Shown here: positions 44,101-54,144 of the stretch, piece after piece
How the letters are laid out: each line of letters opens with the position of its first letter
Numbering within the stretch: position 1 is the first letter of the stretch
Origin: Candidatus Woesearchaeota archaeon
Lineage (GTDB): Archaea > Nanobdellota > Nanobdellia > Woesearchaeales > SKIA01
Direction: 5' to 3'
Length of the DNA stretch: 64,000 nucleotides
NCBI GenBank assembly: GCA_046704725.1
Contig: JBJKRI010000002.1
Span: 18,285-82,284, forward strand
Notes under the pieces: generated by a model
Databases searched by the model: none
What the model was told of the DNA's origin: nothing
The model's input: the letters and a program-made list of their open reading frames with translations, nothing else
Program-made: the position numbers and the translations under genes

Positions 44101-47100
44101 CCTGCGCGCGGACGGCACGATCGAGCACGTCGGCCCGACCGGTCTTTCAGGCAACACCGTCGCTATGGAGTTCGCTCCCAACGGAACGCTCTATGCGATG
44201 AACGAGAACACGAACCACCTGTACGAGATCAATACCGACACAGGCCATGCCACCTATCTGCATACGTTCATGCCCGACTCGCTCGGAGTGAGCGGTGGTG
44301 ACCTTGCGGTCATGCCCAACGGCACACTCATCTACCTGCGCGCGGACGGCAACGTCTACGGCATCGACCTCAACAACAACTACACCACGACGCTGCTGGG
44401 CACGCTCGGCGGGAGCAGCTTCACGAGCCTCGGCTACGTGAACGAAACGTTCTACGGCCTCAGCCGCACCAATGACGGCCTGTACCGCTTCACGCTCGAC
44501 CCGTTCAACGGATCGCTCGTGGCGAGCAACGTCGGACCGTTCGACTTCGGTGATGCGACCACATGCCCCGCGCCCGTACAGCAGCCGACCGACCCGGTCA
44601 AGCCCATCCTCGAGTGCGTGAACGCGTACGGCGAGGGTAACTACACCGCGTACTTCGGTTATCTCAACCAGAACAGCGTGAACATCACCATCCCGATCGG
44701 CAATGAGAACAAGATCACCGGCGGCGGCCTGTCCGGTCAGGACCAGGGCCAGCCCACGGTCTTTACGCCCGGGCGCACGCCGTACTATCCGAACGCGTCG
44801 TTCAGCGTGAACTTCGACGGCACGAACATGGTCTGGACCCTCAAGGGTCCTGACGGCTCCACGCGCACATCCACCGCGAGCGCGAACAGCAAGGCCTGCA
44901 CGCCCATCTGCGGCGACGGTATCGTCGAGGCTGGAGAGCAGTGCGACGGCAGCGCCCCGAAGGGCTTTGTCTGCACGCCTGACTGCCAGCTCAAGGTCGA
45001 CACCCAGTCCGTCTGCGACCCGAACATCCAGCTCGTGAGCAACGGCGGCTTCGAGACGCCGGCTCTCGCTTCCGGAGAGTGGGATATCTTCCCGAACGGG
45101 ACGGCCGGGCTCGACTGGAACGTCGCGTGGGCCACCAATATCACGAGCTTCGGCGGTCACACGCGCCCCACCCTGGCGAACATGGAGATCCACAACAATG
45201 TCGCTGGACAGGGTGTGAACAACACGCAGTACACCGAGCTCGACAGCGACTGGTTCGGTCATAACCTGAGCCTGACGGGCAACCCTGCATCCGTGAAGAT
45301 CTGGGAGGACCTCAAGACGATGCCGAACGCGACCTACAACATCAGCTTCGCGTTCAGCCCGCGCCCGGGCACGGACGCCGCGAACAACGACCTCCTCTTC
45401 TACTGGAACGGCCATCTGGTCGACACGATCAGCGCGGACGGCTCGTCCCTGAAGACCACGGACTGGAAGTTCTACAACTACTCGCTTGTCGCGACGAGCA
45501 ACGTAACGCCGATCATGTTCGTTGACAACGGCACGCCCGACGGTCTCGGAACGTACCTCGACGCGGTGAGCACCACCTGCAGCACGCCAGCGCCAATCTG
45601 CGGCAACGGCATCATCGAGCGCGGAGAGACCTGCGATGACGGCAACAACGTCAGCGGAGACGGCTGCTCCTCGACCTGTCAGATCGAGAACGCCTGCCTG
45701 GTCCACGGCCAGACGAACACGAGCTACTACAACTCCTCATACAAGGAGTGGTACTTCTGGCACTACACGCCGGACAACTCGTCCGCGACCACGCGCTTCG
45801 TCTTCGGTCCGGGAACGCCGCTCAACAACGGCAGCGCCCAACTCGGCGTCGACCACAAGAGCCGCGCGGCGATCCTGACGAACATGTATTCCGGCACGAT
45901 GCTCCGTGACATCCAGACGTTGAAGTACAGCACGTACAACAGCACTCCTGACGGTTGGACCGTTCCGTTCATGATGCCGGCGTACACGAACGTCAGCACC
46001 GCCAACTCGTCGAAGTATCCCCAGCTGTTCTTCCAGCCCGGTCTCGCGTACAACGTGACCAACAACACCTGGCAGACGTGGGACGCGCTCTCGAACACGA
46101 GCCGTGGCTGGTACTTCATGGGATGGAACAGCAGCCGCGACTGCTCGCTCGCGCACCCGTGCACCTTCAACGAAGTGCTCTCTAACTTCCCGGACGCCGG
46201 CGGTATCAAGTGGCATCCTGAGATGGGCTTCGAGCTCGGATTCTGGGGAACGCATGACTTCACGGGCTATGTGGACAACTTCACGATTTCCACCAACAAG
46301 ATCTGCGAGCTCAACGACTTCGAGCCCACCGCGTACTGCGGCGATGGCATCGTCAACCAGCCGTCCGAGCAGTGCGACGGCAGCGCTCCCGCCGGCTGGA
46401 CCTGCACGCAGCAGTGCCAGTTGCAAGCGCCTGTGATCCCCATCTGCAACGCGACGCAAATCGTCCAGAACGGCGGCTTCGAGTCTCCGCTCGTGAACAC
46501 GAGCCAGGACTGGAACATCTTCCCTGACGGCACGGCAGGTCTTGTCTGGAACGTGAGCTGGCACAGCAACCAGACCACGTACAAGAACGAGACGCGTCCT
46601 GCCATCGCCAACGCTGAGCTCCAGAATCTCTATCCGGCCGAGAACGGCAGCCAGTACGCCGAGCTCGATAGCGATTGGGACGGCCCCACCGGCTCCCTCA
46701 CTGGCGAGCCGGCGAGCGTCACGATGAGCCAGGTCCTGCCGACCATCGCGGGCGACCAGTACGACGTCGCCTTCAGCTTCAGTCCGCGCCCGAACACGCC
46801 CGCGTCCGACAATGTCCTCGTCGTGAGCTGGGAGGGCAGCCCTGTGGATGTCATCAGCGCCGCCGGCGGTTCCTCGGTCAACTGGACGACATATCACCTG
46901 CATCTCAACGCGACGATGAACGGCTCTGAACTCTCGTTCACCGACAACGGTACGCCCGACAGCCTAGGCACGTTGCTCGACGGCGTCTCGGCGGTCTGCC
47001 AGCCCCGCGAACCCTACTGCGGCAACGGCATCGTCGATCCCGGCGAGCAGTGCGACGGCAGCGCCCCCAAGGGCTTCACCTGCACCTCTAACTGCACCAT

Positions 47101-50100
47101 CGAGGTCCACACAGAGGAGATCCCGCCCCTGTTCACCTGCAGTGAGGGCATCCTGTTCTTGGACACCGCGCCCTCGAACGAGAGCCGCCTGTATACCGTG
47201 AACACGACGACGGGCATCGGCACGCTCAGCCATGTCTTCGGTGAGGCGATGCGCAGCGTCGTCGCGGCGAACGACAACGGCACGCTCTACAGCATGCTGC
47301 CCAACGGCAGCAACACGGACGGCCTGGTCATCCTGCACGACGACGGCACGATCGAGAACATCGGTCCGACCGGCTTGCCGGGCAACACCGTCGCCATGGA
47401 GTTCGCGCCTGACGGCACGCTCTACGCGATGAACCAGAACACGAACGGCCTGTACAGCGTCGACGTCAACACAGGTCACGCGACCCTGCTCCACACCTTC
47501 GCTCCGGGAGTGCAGGGCGGCGACCTCGCTGTCACGCCCGACAACATGCTCGTCTACCTGCGCTCGGACGGCAAGGTGTACGGAGTCGACCTCAACGACA
47601 ATTACACGACGACGCTGCTCGGCAGCATCGGTTGGAGCGGTTTCACGAGCCTCGGTTACGTGAACGGTACGTTCTACGGCCTGTCGTTCAACGACAACCG
47701 CATGTACAGCTTCACGCTGGGTCCGTTCGACAGCTCGCTCGTGGCGAGCAAGGCGGGTCCGTTCGCCTACGGCGATGCCACCTCGTGTCCCGCGCCCGAG
47801 CCGCAGCCCTACGTGTGCGAGCCCGGAACACAGCTGTTGACCAACGGCGGCTTCGAGTATCCGGTCGTGAACAACTCTGCGGAGTGGGATATCTATCCGA
47901 GCGGCACCTCTGGCCTTGGCTGGAGCGCGGCCTGGGTCCCCGGACCGAACACCTACCAGAACGAGACGCGGCCTGATGTCGCGAACGTCGAGCTGCAGCA
48001 CGACGTGAACGGCTGGCTCGCCAAGCAGGGCGAGCAGTACGCCGAGCTCGACAGCGACTGGTACGGTCCCAACGACAGCGTCTCGGGAGAGCCCGCGAAC
48101 AGCATCATCTCGCAGACGGTCCCGACCGCCCTCAACGGCAGCTACCACTTGACCTTCGCCTTTAGCCCGCGCCCCGGTTCGCCCGCGAGCACGAACACGC
48201 TCCAGGTGTATTTCGGCGGACAGCTCGTCGCGAACATCACCGCGAACGGCACGAACCAGACGGACTGGACGACGTACGGCTATAACCTCGTCGCGAACTC
48301 CTCGAACACGACGCTCTCGTTCGTCGCCAACGGCACGTCAGACAGCCTCGGCACCTTCCTCGATAACGTCAGCCTGACGTGCGGCTCCACCGAGCCCGTG
48401 TGCGGCAACGGCGTGCTCGAGCAGGGCGAGCAGTGCGATGACGGCAACAATGTCAGCGGCGACGGCTGCTCTGCGACCTGTCAGATCGAGACGCCGCCTC
48501 CGGTGTGCGAGCAGCAGAACGTCACAACCCTCATCGTGAGCGATAACCAGACGATGGTCGACGGCCACAATGCGGTCCCGACGTGGGTCGCAGGCCCGTG
48601 GACCTCGCTGCCCAACGCGACATGGATCTGGAACCAGACCTATGTGGCCGAGCCCCGTGACGGAGAGACGCACAACTTCACGCGCACCTTCACCTTGCCC
48701 GGCAATGTGACCGGCGCATCCCTGCAGATCGCCGCGGACAACAGCTATCGCTTCTGGGTGAACGGCGCGCTCGTCGGCGCTGACCCGAGCCAGGACAACT
48801 ACGGCTCTGCGGACAGCTATACCAACGTGTCATCCTACCTGCACGCGGGTTCCAACACCATCGTCTTCGAGGTCGAGAACTGGGCGTGGCCAACGGACAG
48901 CCCGACGGTCAATCCCGCTGGACTGCTCTATCGCCTGAACGTCACGACCGATACGTGCGGCGGCAACGGACTGCCTGTCTGCACGCCGACGAACGTGACG
49001 CGCATGGAGGCGCCGTATCCCGCGAGCACCGTTGAGAGCGCCCATCAGGGCCTGACCCTCGGTGGACAGTCCGTGCGCCCGCAGCGCAGCAACCCGACGC
49101 AGGGTCTCGCGCTTGAGGACACGCATAGCGAGAGCGACTTCTATACGCTCGGCTTTGGCGGCAACATCACGGTCGGCTTCCATTACCCGGTCATGAACGG
49201 TCCCGGACCCGACGTGGGCGTCGTGGAGACGACATGGAAGACGAACAGCTACCCGAACGAGACCGCCGATGTCTACGCGAGCAACGACATGGTCGATTGG
49301 ACGTTCCTCGGTGTCGCCGACAACCACAACAAGTCGAACGGCGATTACACGATCAACACCTTCGACCTCGGAAGCATGCCCTACGCCAAGTATGTGAAGA
49401 TCGTGGACACGACGAACAAGTCCTTGTTCACGGGCAACAATGCGGCGGACGGCTTCGACTTGAACGCGGTCCTGTCCTTGCAGAACGACACCTATCCCGC
49501 TTGTCAAGAGCAGGGCGTTTCCACCTGCGAGCAGGCCATCCAGGACGGCAAGCTCTACGGCGCGATCGTGGACGGCACGGCCTACGTGTACAACAACGCG
49601 AGCCAGTCGTTCAACGTGAGCATGGTGTCGTATGGCGTATCCGGTCCAGCCTTGTCAGACCAGTCGCTCGTTGATTGGAGCACGCAGGTCGTGAACGGCA
49701 GCGGCAGCGCGCAATATCATGTGGACATCCCGGAGTGCGCCGCGCATGTGATGCTGGTCTGCGGCCATCCGCTCGAGGGCGATCCGCTCTATTACAACCG
49801 CGTACTCGACGAGCAGTACAACGAGGCGCCCTACTGTGGCGAGCAAGAGGGAGGGCAATCCCTCAAGCTGACGCTCTTGCCGGACTTCCCGGACAACGGT
49901 CGCTGGGAGTTCAGCTGCATGCCGACAGGATACACTCCGACGAACTATTCATGGGACTACGGCAACGGCGAGCACGCGACGGGCAACAGCTCGTACAGCC
50001 CGTTCCTGCCGGTGGTGACGTACAACAAGACAGGCCAGTACACGGTGACCTGCAACGCGACCGATGGATTCACGAATCTCACGGCCAGCATCCTGGTCAA

Positions 50101-50509
50101 CGTCACGCCTGACGAGATCGTGAACACCACGAGCACGAACACCACGAACTCGACGAACGAGACGAACACCTCGGGCAACCAGAGCATCCCGCCGCTCGTG
50201 ATACACTCGCACGGCAACGGTATCAACGTGACGTGCGACCAGTTCCCGTGGGCGAACTTCTGCCCGACAGCGGCTCCGTCGGACAACCTGGGCAACAACC
50301 AGGCGCCGATCATCACGACGGAGAGCACGGGCACGAACGGCACCGGGGGCGAGCATAACGGCACCGGCAACAATACCGGCAACAGCATCACGGGCAACGC
50401 GCTCGCGCAGGGCGGCGTCCCGCCGGGCTGGCAGACCATCCTCGCCATCGTGTTGATCGCTCTCATCCTCGCGGGAGTGCTCGGCTTGTACTGGTACAAC
50501 AACAAGTAG
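41162..50509 (+). CDS. giant (about 3,100 aa) modular cell-surface protein: signal peptide, right-handed beta-helix, Cys-rich repeats, duplicated beta-propeller-like and DUF642-like modules, PKD domain, Thr/Asn linker, C-terminal transmembrane anchor
   Basis: Signal-peptide-like LALTALLILASLGFALGAAGQASAA. NxxxN/GxT-type beta-helix repeats. Repeated CG(D/N)G(I/V)...EQCDDGN...GDGC modules. PKD-like WDYGNGEH...YTVTC. C-terminal PPGWQTILAIVLIALILAGVLGLYWYNNK. Very many NxS/T sequons. Start set at an internal Met before the signal peptide. Confidence 0.8.
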   Translation: MGNNSHTTHTRLALTALLILASLGFALGAAGQASAAVFVPLPLQVGPGQQYHSIQAAIDNASNGDTIDVAPGIYNETLTLDKNLTLLGNQNGIPACGRIATETIINASSGNLLTLQGGSAGSVIDGFTFMGGNKQLQSTSGPIDDVQILNNRFVGFTGSAIFLNDQGKDITIHQNSIDGSSTTGSGGMLHLDTDSFSGMQITNNCLFNASGRTGLFVDGSNNVDPSADRNPLIANNLFDGLDTGANLGHNAFTGGDITNNTFSNNEYDGLQGGIQHTTISFNKFHDNGRFGIDLTSFGSTNVNRGAQYANVVENDFSGNGFSHDGAGIILSNGQASGTIATNVVHENNITGNRQGAIYTGSESVDLIHNWWGDATGPSGDGPGTGDAVSGSNIEYDPWLCSPAFTSNISINGTCAQPQPSCTEVPKECSERTYPLNALAGVHHGDHVQEDRSNDPSTGNNPYDFCGPMTFTIPSTIHTTNGLSPDQWITLQFSNSTDNVTCVYHDSSSHHDHGSSQHWDLVGCYADYNGATPPDQSSIYKGGDSISATHVQLNITGQKPEGRANAHVNLKSVCGDPTPSCQQPVTCEQAVQQGLLWADMNSDGSAVIHNNANTTFEVGIASYNMYNSLNDLGGWGLDTQTLYDYMLANVSKQSTSELNVEIPECKAQVDVFCFNTTENSPITHFNQENGTWYHGVGNFINSTFVGESYCTNQTTPSCQQNTTTTIIVSDNQAMVNGTNAVPTWVSTEYWSAVIPNATWIWSSYYVQDPRNGAVKNFTRTFTLPGNVTDANLMIAVDDYYRVWLNGNLIVTNNDPNNFRSSGQDYLDNFSSYLHPGSNTVVFEVTNMAANTDSPTDNPAGLLYRLNITTDTCGGGNGRSYCGDGIINQETEQCDGSAPAGYTCTNECTLERKPLFTCNGDIAYLDTAASNQSVLYSVNTTTGIGTLSHVFPEAMRSVVAADHNGTLYSMLPNGSNTGDLIILRADGTIEHVGPTGLSGNTVAMEFAPNGTLYAMNENTNHLYEINTDTGHATYLHTFMPDSLGVSGGDLAVMPNGTLIYLRADGNVYGIDLNNNYTTTLLGTLGGSSFTSLGYVNETFYGLSRTNDGLYRFTLDPFNGSLVASNVGPFDFGDATTCPAPVQQPTDPVKPILECVNAYGEGNYTAYFGYLNQNSVNITIPIGNENKITGGGLSGQDQGQPTVFTPGRTPYYPNASFSVNFDGTNMVWTLKGPDGSTRTSTASANSKACTPICGDGIVEAGEQCDGSAPKGFVCTPDCQLKVDTQSVCDPNIQLVSNGGFETPALASGEWDIFPNGTAGLDWNVAWATNITSFGGHTRPTLANMEIHNNVAGQGVNNTQYTELDSDWFGHNLSLTGNPASVKIWEDLKTMPNATYNISFAFSPRPGTDAANNDLLFYWNGHLVDTISADGSSLKTTDWKFYNYSLVATSNVTPIMFVDNGTPDGLGTYLDAVSTTCSTPAPICGNGIIERGETCDDGNNVSGDGCSSTCQIENACLVHGQTNTSYYNSSYKEWYFWHYTPDNSSATTRFVFGPGTPLNNGSAQLGVDHKSRAAILTNMYSGTMLRDIQTLKYSTYNSTPDGWTVPFMMPAYTNVSTANSSKYPQLFFQPGLAYNVTNNTWQTWDALSNTSRGWYFMGWNSSRDCSLAHPCTFNEVLSNFPDAGGIKWHPEMGFELGFWGTHDFTGYVDNFTISTNKICELNDFEPTAYCGDGIVNQPSEQCDGSAPAGWTCTQQCQLQAPVIPICNATQIVQNGGFESPLVNTSQDWNIFPDGTAGLVWNVSWHSNQTTYKNETRPAIANAELQNLYPAENGSQYAELDSDWDGPTGSLTGEPASVTMSQVLPTIAGDQYDVAFSFSPRPNTPASDNVLVVSWEGSPVDVISAAGGSSVNWTTYHLHLNATMNGSELSFTDNGTPDSLGTLLDGVSAVCQPREPYCGNGIVDPGEQCDGSAPKGFTCTSNCTIEVHTEEIPPLFTCSEGILFLDTAPSNESRLYTVNTTTGIGTLSHVFGEAMRSVVAANDNGTLYSMLPNGSNTDGLVILHDDGTIENIGPTGLPGNTVAMEFAPDGTLYAMNQNTNGLYSVDVNTGHATLLHTFAPGVQGGDLAVTPDNMLVYLRSDGKVYGVDLNDNYTTTLLGSIGWSGFTSLGYVNGTFYGLSFNDNRMYSFTLGPFDSSLVASKAGPFAYGDATSCPAPEPQPYVCEPGTQLLTNGGFEYPVVNNSAEWDIYPSGTSGLGWSAAWVPGPNTYQNETRPDVANVELQHDVNGWLAKQGEQYAELDSDWYGPNDSVSGEPANSIISQTVPTALNGSYHLTFAFSPRPGSPASTNTLQVYFGGQLVANITANGTNQTDWTTYGYNLVANSSNTTLSFVANGTSDSLGTFLDNVSLTCGSTEPVCGNGVLEQGEQCDDGNNVSGDGCSATCQIETPPPVCEQQNVTTLIVSDNQTMVDGHNAVPTWVAGPWTSLPNATWIWNQTYVAEPRDGETHNFTRTFTLPGNVTGASLQIAADNSYRFWVNGALVGADPSQDNYGSADSYTNVSSYLHAGSNTIVFEVENWAWPTDSPTVNPAGLLYRLNVTTDTCGGNGLPVCTPTNVTRMEAPYPASTVESAHQGLTLGGQSVRPQRSNPTQGLALEDTHSESDFYTLGFGGNITVGFHYPVMNGPGPDVGVVETTWKTNSYPNETADVYASNDMVDWTFLGVADNHNKSNGDYTINTFDLGSMPYAKYVKIVDTTNKSLFTGNNAADGFDLNAVLSLQNDTYPACQEQGVSTCEQAIQDGKLYGAIVDGTAYVYNNASQSFNVSMVSYGVSGPALSDQSLVDWSTQVVNGSGSAQYHVDIPECAAHVMLVCGHPLEGDPLYYNRVLDEQYNEAPYCGEQEGGQSLKLTLLPDFPDNGRWEFSCMPTGYTPTNYSWDYGNGEHATGNSSYSPFLPVVTYNKTGQYTVTCNATDGFTNLTASILVNVTPDEIVNTTSTNTTNSTNETNTSGNQSIPPLVIHSHGNGINVTCDQFPWANFCPTAAPSDNLGNNQAPIITTESTGTNGTGGEHNGTGNNTGNSITGNALAQGGVPPGWQTILAIVLIALILAGVLGLYWYNNK

Positions 50510-50536
50510 TTCTCTTTTCTTCTCTGTTTTCGCTAT

Positions 50537-52024
50537 CTAGCGCAAGCGCTCGTGCAGCACGCGCGAGAGCTTGGTGAGCGCGACGCGGTCCTGCTTTTCC
50601 GTGTCGCGGTCGCGGACGGTGACTGTATCGTCCTCGAGCGTCTCGTGGTCGATGGTCACGCAGTAGGGCGTGCCGATGGTGGATGCGCGCAAGTAGCGCT
50701 TGCCGATACTCCCGCTCTCGTCATAGGTCGCGACCAGGCCGTCGTGCAGGAGCATCTGGAACACGTCGTTCGCCTTGGCGGCGAGCTTCTTGACAAGAGG
50801 CAGCACCGTCACCTGCACAGGCGCGATGCTGTATGGCAGGCGCAGCGTCGTCTTTCCTTCCGATGCATCCTTCTCGTCGTAGAAGATGTCGAGCAGTGCG
50901 TACACGGGCCGGTCGACGCCGAACGCGATCTCGATGACGTTGGGCACCACGCGCTCCTTGCGCTCCTCGATGAACACATCGAGCTCCTTGCCGCTCGCTT
51001 TCGCGTGCTGCCGGAGGTCGTAGTCGGTCCGGTCGTGCACGCCGCAGACCTCTGTCCAGCCGAATGTCGGCAGGTCCACCTCGATATCCCACGCGTCGGC
51101 GGCGTAGAAGGCCTTCTCGTCGGGCCCGTGCTGCCGGAGGCGTAGTCTATCCTCCGGGATGCCGAAGTCGCAGAACAGGGCGTATGCGAGGTCCAGGGCG
51201 TATGCGTAGGCGTCGCTCTGGAGGAACTTCTTGCGCGCGTCCGAAAGCCTCATCCGCAATGCGGGTTGTCCTTGCTCTTGGGTGTGCCAGTCGAGTATGG
51301 GAACGTCGTGGGTCTTGACCTTGTCGAAACCGGGCCAGTCGTCCTTCTTCTCGGGATCCACGAAGAGCTGCGCCTCCGCTTGCGTGAATTCGCGCATGCG
51401 CAAGAGGTGCTGCCGCGGGCTGATCTCGTTGCGGTAGGCCTTTCCTATCTGGAACACGCCGAAGGGCAGTCGTTTCCGGAAGTGCTCGACGTAGCGCGGG
51501 AACGGCAGGTAGGTCGCCGTCGCCGTCTCGGGCCTGTTGTAGGCCTCCATGTCCGTGCCGATCGTCGTGCGCATCATGAGCGAGTGCTGTTGTATCTCCA
51601 TCTTCCACTTCGCTCCTGAGGGCGAGGGTATCTTGTGCTTCTTGATGGCCGACAGCAATTCTTTGGGAGCGGTGGGCACGGGCTCCGCGATGCTGTTCTC
51701 CTTGTAGTGCTCCTCGATGATCTTGTCCGCCCGGTAGACGTTGCCCTCCGCGTCGGCTATGAGCGGGTCGGTGAAGCCGCCGAGGTGCCCGGAGGCTTCC
51801 CAGACCTCTTTGGGTAGTATGGTCGGCGTCTCGACCTCGAAGAAGCGGTGGGCGGAGAACATCTCGCGTATTCGCCGTTCCACGCGTCGCTTGAGCAGCG
51901 TCCCGTTCGGCCCGTAGGTGTAGAAACCCGCCACTCCCCCGTAGATCTCCGGGGACGGTCCCCAGACGAATCCCTGCTGCTGCAGGAATGGTATGAGCGT
52001 TCCGAGCCGCGCGTCGTCTGCCAT
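50537..52024 (-). CDS. glyS: glycine--tRNA ligase (archaeal/eukaryal dimeric type)
   Basis: Class II aminoacyl-tRNA synthetase of GlyRS alpha2 type over its full length (495 aa). TTATAAA box at -27. Confidence 0.9.
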   Translation of the reverse strand: MADDARLGTLIPFLQQQGFVWGPSPEIYGGVAGFYTYGPNGTLLKRRVERRIREMFSAHRFFEVETPTILPKEVWEASGHLGGFTDPLIADAEGNVYRADKIIEEHYKENSIAEPVPTAPKELLSAIKKHKIPSPSGAKWKMEIQQHSLMMRTTIGTDMEAYNRPETATATYLPFPRYVEHFRKRLPFGVFQIGKAYRNEISPRQHLLRMREFTQAEAQLFVDPEKKDDWPGFDKVKTHDVPILDWHTQEQGQPALRMRLSDARKKFLQSDAYAYALDLAYALFCDFGIPEDRLRLRQHGPDEKAFYAADAWDIEVDLPTFGWTEVCGVHDRTDYDLRQHAKASGKELDVFIEERKERVVPNVIEIAFGVDRPVYALLDIFYDEKDASEGKTTLRLPYSIAPVQVTVLPLVKKLAAKANDVFQMLLHDGLVATYDESGSIGKRYLRASTIGTPYCVTIDHETLEDDTVTVRDRDTEKQDRVALTKLSRVLHERLR

Positions 52025-52063
52025 GCATCCGGAAGGCGAATGCTCGTTTATAAGCTTTCGTCG

Positions 52064-52864
52064 CTAGGAGGCCCCGTCCGCGAGCAGACGCTTGAGATTA
52101 TTCATCGTCTCTTCTTGACTGGCTGTCACCCACCGGACCCCCGCTGAACTGAGCACCCCGATTGGCAGGGCGAGGAGTGACACGATCGGGGAGATATGTG
52201 GTTCCGCGATCCCCACTACATAGACGCTGAATGCGCATGCTGCGGTTGCTGCACATACCGCTAGGGTGTACCCCTGCATGCGCGTGTCTTGCTGGGTCAG
52301 TGCGAGCATCTTGGCGGTGAGCTCTTTCGCCATGGCGTTCATGTGTTTTTCGATCGCATGGATGAGGGAGATGATCTCTGCTTCCTCGCTGACGAGGTCT
52401 GCGTAGGCGTGGTCGTTCTCGTTCTTGAGTGCGGCGTATTCCTTTTCGAAGACCTGCAGCAGCGATTCCTCCTCGTTCGCGCACTCCCGCTCGAGCGCGA
52501 GGGATTGTTCCATGTAGTTGTCGAACGTCTTGTCGTGGCGGCCAGTACGGTCGAGCCGGGCGACGTTCGTCTGCAAGCGATCACCGCTCTTCTTGATCTT
52601 CCAGACAATATGCCGGAGCGTCGGGTCGTCGTGCCGTTTCTCATCAGCGCCGAGGAGGGCCATGAGGGCGACGCGTCTTCCCTCTCGATACCCTTCGACG
52701 TACCCGCCACTCGCCTTCCAGTCCCGCAGAAGCTCCCTGTCGAGCTTCGCTTTTTCGAACATCAGGCCCGCGAACCGCTCGCGCCGCTCCTCCATCACGC
52801 GCTTGAACGTGTTCGCGTATCTTTGGAGGTCCATACGTCTCTTTCTCATCTTTCCCTTCTTCAA
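52064..52864 (-). CDS. hypothetical protein with C-terminal transmembrane helices
   Basis: Helical N-terminal domain plus 2 transmembrane segments; true start perhaps the internal Met MDLQRY. Confidence 0.35.
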   Translation of the reverse strand: MKKGKMRKRRMDLQRYANTFKRVMEERRERFAGLMFEKAKLDRELLRDWKASGGYVEGYREGRRVALMALLGADEKRHDDPTLRHIVWKIKKSGDRLQTNVARLDRTGRHDKTFDNYMEQSLALERECANEEESLLQVFEKEYAALKNENDHAYADLVSEEAEIISLIHAIEKHMNAMAKELTAKMLALTQQDTRMQGYTLAVCAATAACAFSVYVVGIAEPHISPIVSLLALPIGVLSSAGVRWVTASQEETMNNLKRLLADGAS

Positions 52865-52935
52865 GATTCTGTTTTTTGCTCTTCGGCGCCTGAATCATTC
52901 CTAAAACATTTAAGGGATGGCTGTGACCTTCGTAT

Positions 52936-53295
52936 ATGGACATCTCGATACTCATATTACAGTTCTTCGTTGGTGCAGCGATCTTCCTCGGCCACGGTTT
53001 TCCCAAGCTCAAGGGCTTCTCCGGGACGGTCCAGTGGTTCAAGAGCATCGGTTTCGGCACCGCCGGCGCGATCTGGTCCTCCGGGACAGAGGGCATCGCG
53101 TCCGTCCTGCTCGCGCTCGGCATCTTCCCGCGCATCATGGCCGTCTTGATCGGCATCACGATGATCGGCGTGCTGGGCTTCCACATCCGCCGCAAGGATT
53201 CCTTCACCAAGGCGTGGGAGGTCCCGTACCTGTTCCTGGTGAGCATGGTGGTCATCGCGCTATCCGGAGCGAGCCTCTGGGGCTTGATCGTCTAG
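52936..53295 (+). CDS. DoxX family membrane protein
   Basis: FFVGAAIFLGHGFPKL... DoxX pattern; 119 aa. Confidence 0.6.
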   Translation: MDISILILQFFVGAAIFLGHGFPKLKGFSGTVQWFKSIGFGTAGAIWSSGTEGIASVLLALGIFPRIMAVLIGITMIGVLGFHIRRKDSFTKAWEVPYLFLVSMVVIALSGASLWGLIV

Positions 53296-53322
53296 GGCCT
53301 TCGAAAGACACTTAAACCGTCC

Positions 53323-53721
53323 TTGGAAGAGCGTCCCATGATTGATGTCACGCACGGGCTTTCCAGGTTCGATGTCATGCTCGTCCTGCAGTTCCTCGCA
53401 GGCGCTGGGCTCTTCTTCGGCCACGGGCTTCCCAAGCTGCGCGACTTCTCGAAGACGCTCGTCTACTTCCGCAAGAACGGCTATGGCGCTTTCGGCGCCG
53501 TCTGGACCGCGGCGGTCGAGGGTGTGTGCTCCGTGCTGCTCGCCTTGGCGGTCTTCCCGCGCGTCATGGCCGCCCTGGTCGGCGTGACCATGCTCGTCGC
53601 CATGTCGCACAACTGGAAGGACCGCAAGCCGTTCGAGGGCTGGGAGAACGCCTACCTCTACTTCATCGCGGCCGTCATCATCGTCTTGGCGGGCGTGAGT
53701 CCTTGGGGCATTACGCCCTGA
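53323..53721 (+). CDS. DoxX family membrane protein (tandem paralog)
   Basis: FLAGAGLFFGHGLPKL... Confidence 0.6.
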   Translation: MEERPMIDVTHGLSRFDVMLVLQFLAGAGLFFGHGLPKLRDFSKTLVYFRKNGYGAFGAVWTAAVEGVCSVLLALAVFPRVMAALVGVTMLVAMSHNWKDRKPFEGWENAYLYFIAAVIIVLAGVSPWGITP

Positions 53722-53742
53722 GTTTTCGGTCTTTATTCTCAT

Positions 53743-54144
53743 TCAGGAAATGAGTTTCGCTCCTTTCAGTCCTGCGAAATCAGTGTCGCAGGTGAGCAGA
53801 CGCGCTCCCAGGGCGTCGGCCGTCATGAGCGCGAGCGCGTCGCCGTACGAGAACTTCTTGCGTTTCTTTCTCGCTTCTGTATAGAGCCTGGACGCGTTGA
53901 TGGCGAGTTCTGCGTCGACGGGCATGACATGCATCTGGTCGAGGGTCGCGCGAGCGACGAGCTCGTCGTCAGCGCCCGTCCTTCGCGCATGCACGCACAC
54001 CTCCATGATGTTGAATGCGCACATCGTCGCTCGTTTGTGTGCGATCTCTTTCTCGACGTGCGCCCCTTTCGTTGTTCCCCGCAGGTATTCGATCCACGCG
54101 GATGCATCCAAGACGATGTCTTTACGTGTACTTGGATTGGGCAT
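53743..54144 (-). CDS. vapC: PIN-domain toxin
   Basis: ...KDIVLDASAWIEYL... Start at an internal Met; the track ORF extends to 54201. Confidence 0.7.
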   Translation of the reverse strand: MPNPSTRKDIVLDASAWIEYLRGTTKGAHVEKEIAHKRATMCAFNIMEVCVHARRTGADDELVARATLDQMHVMPVDAELAINASRLYTEARKKRKKFSYGDALALMTADALGARLLTCDTDFAGLKGAKLIS

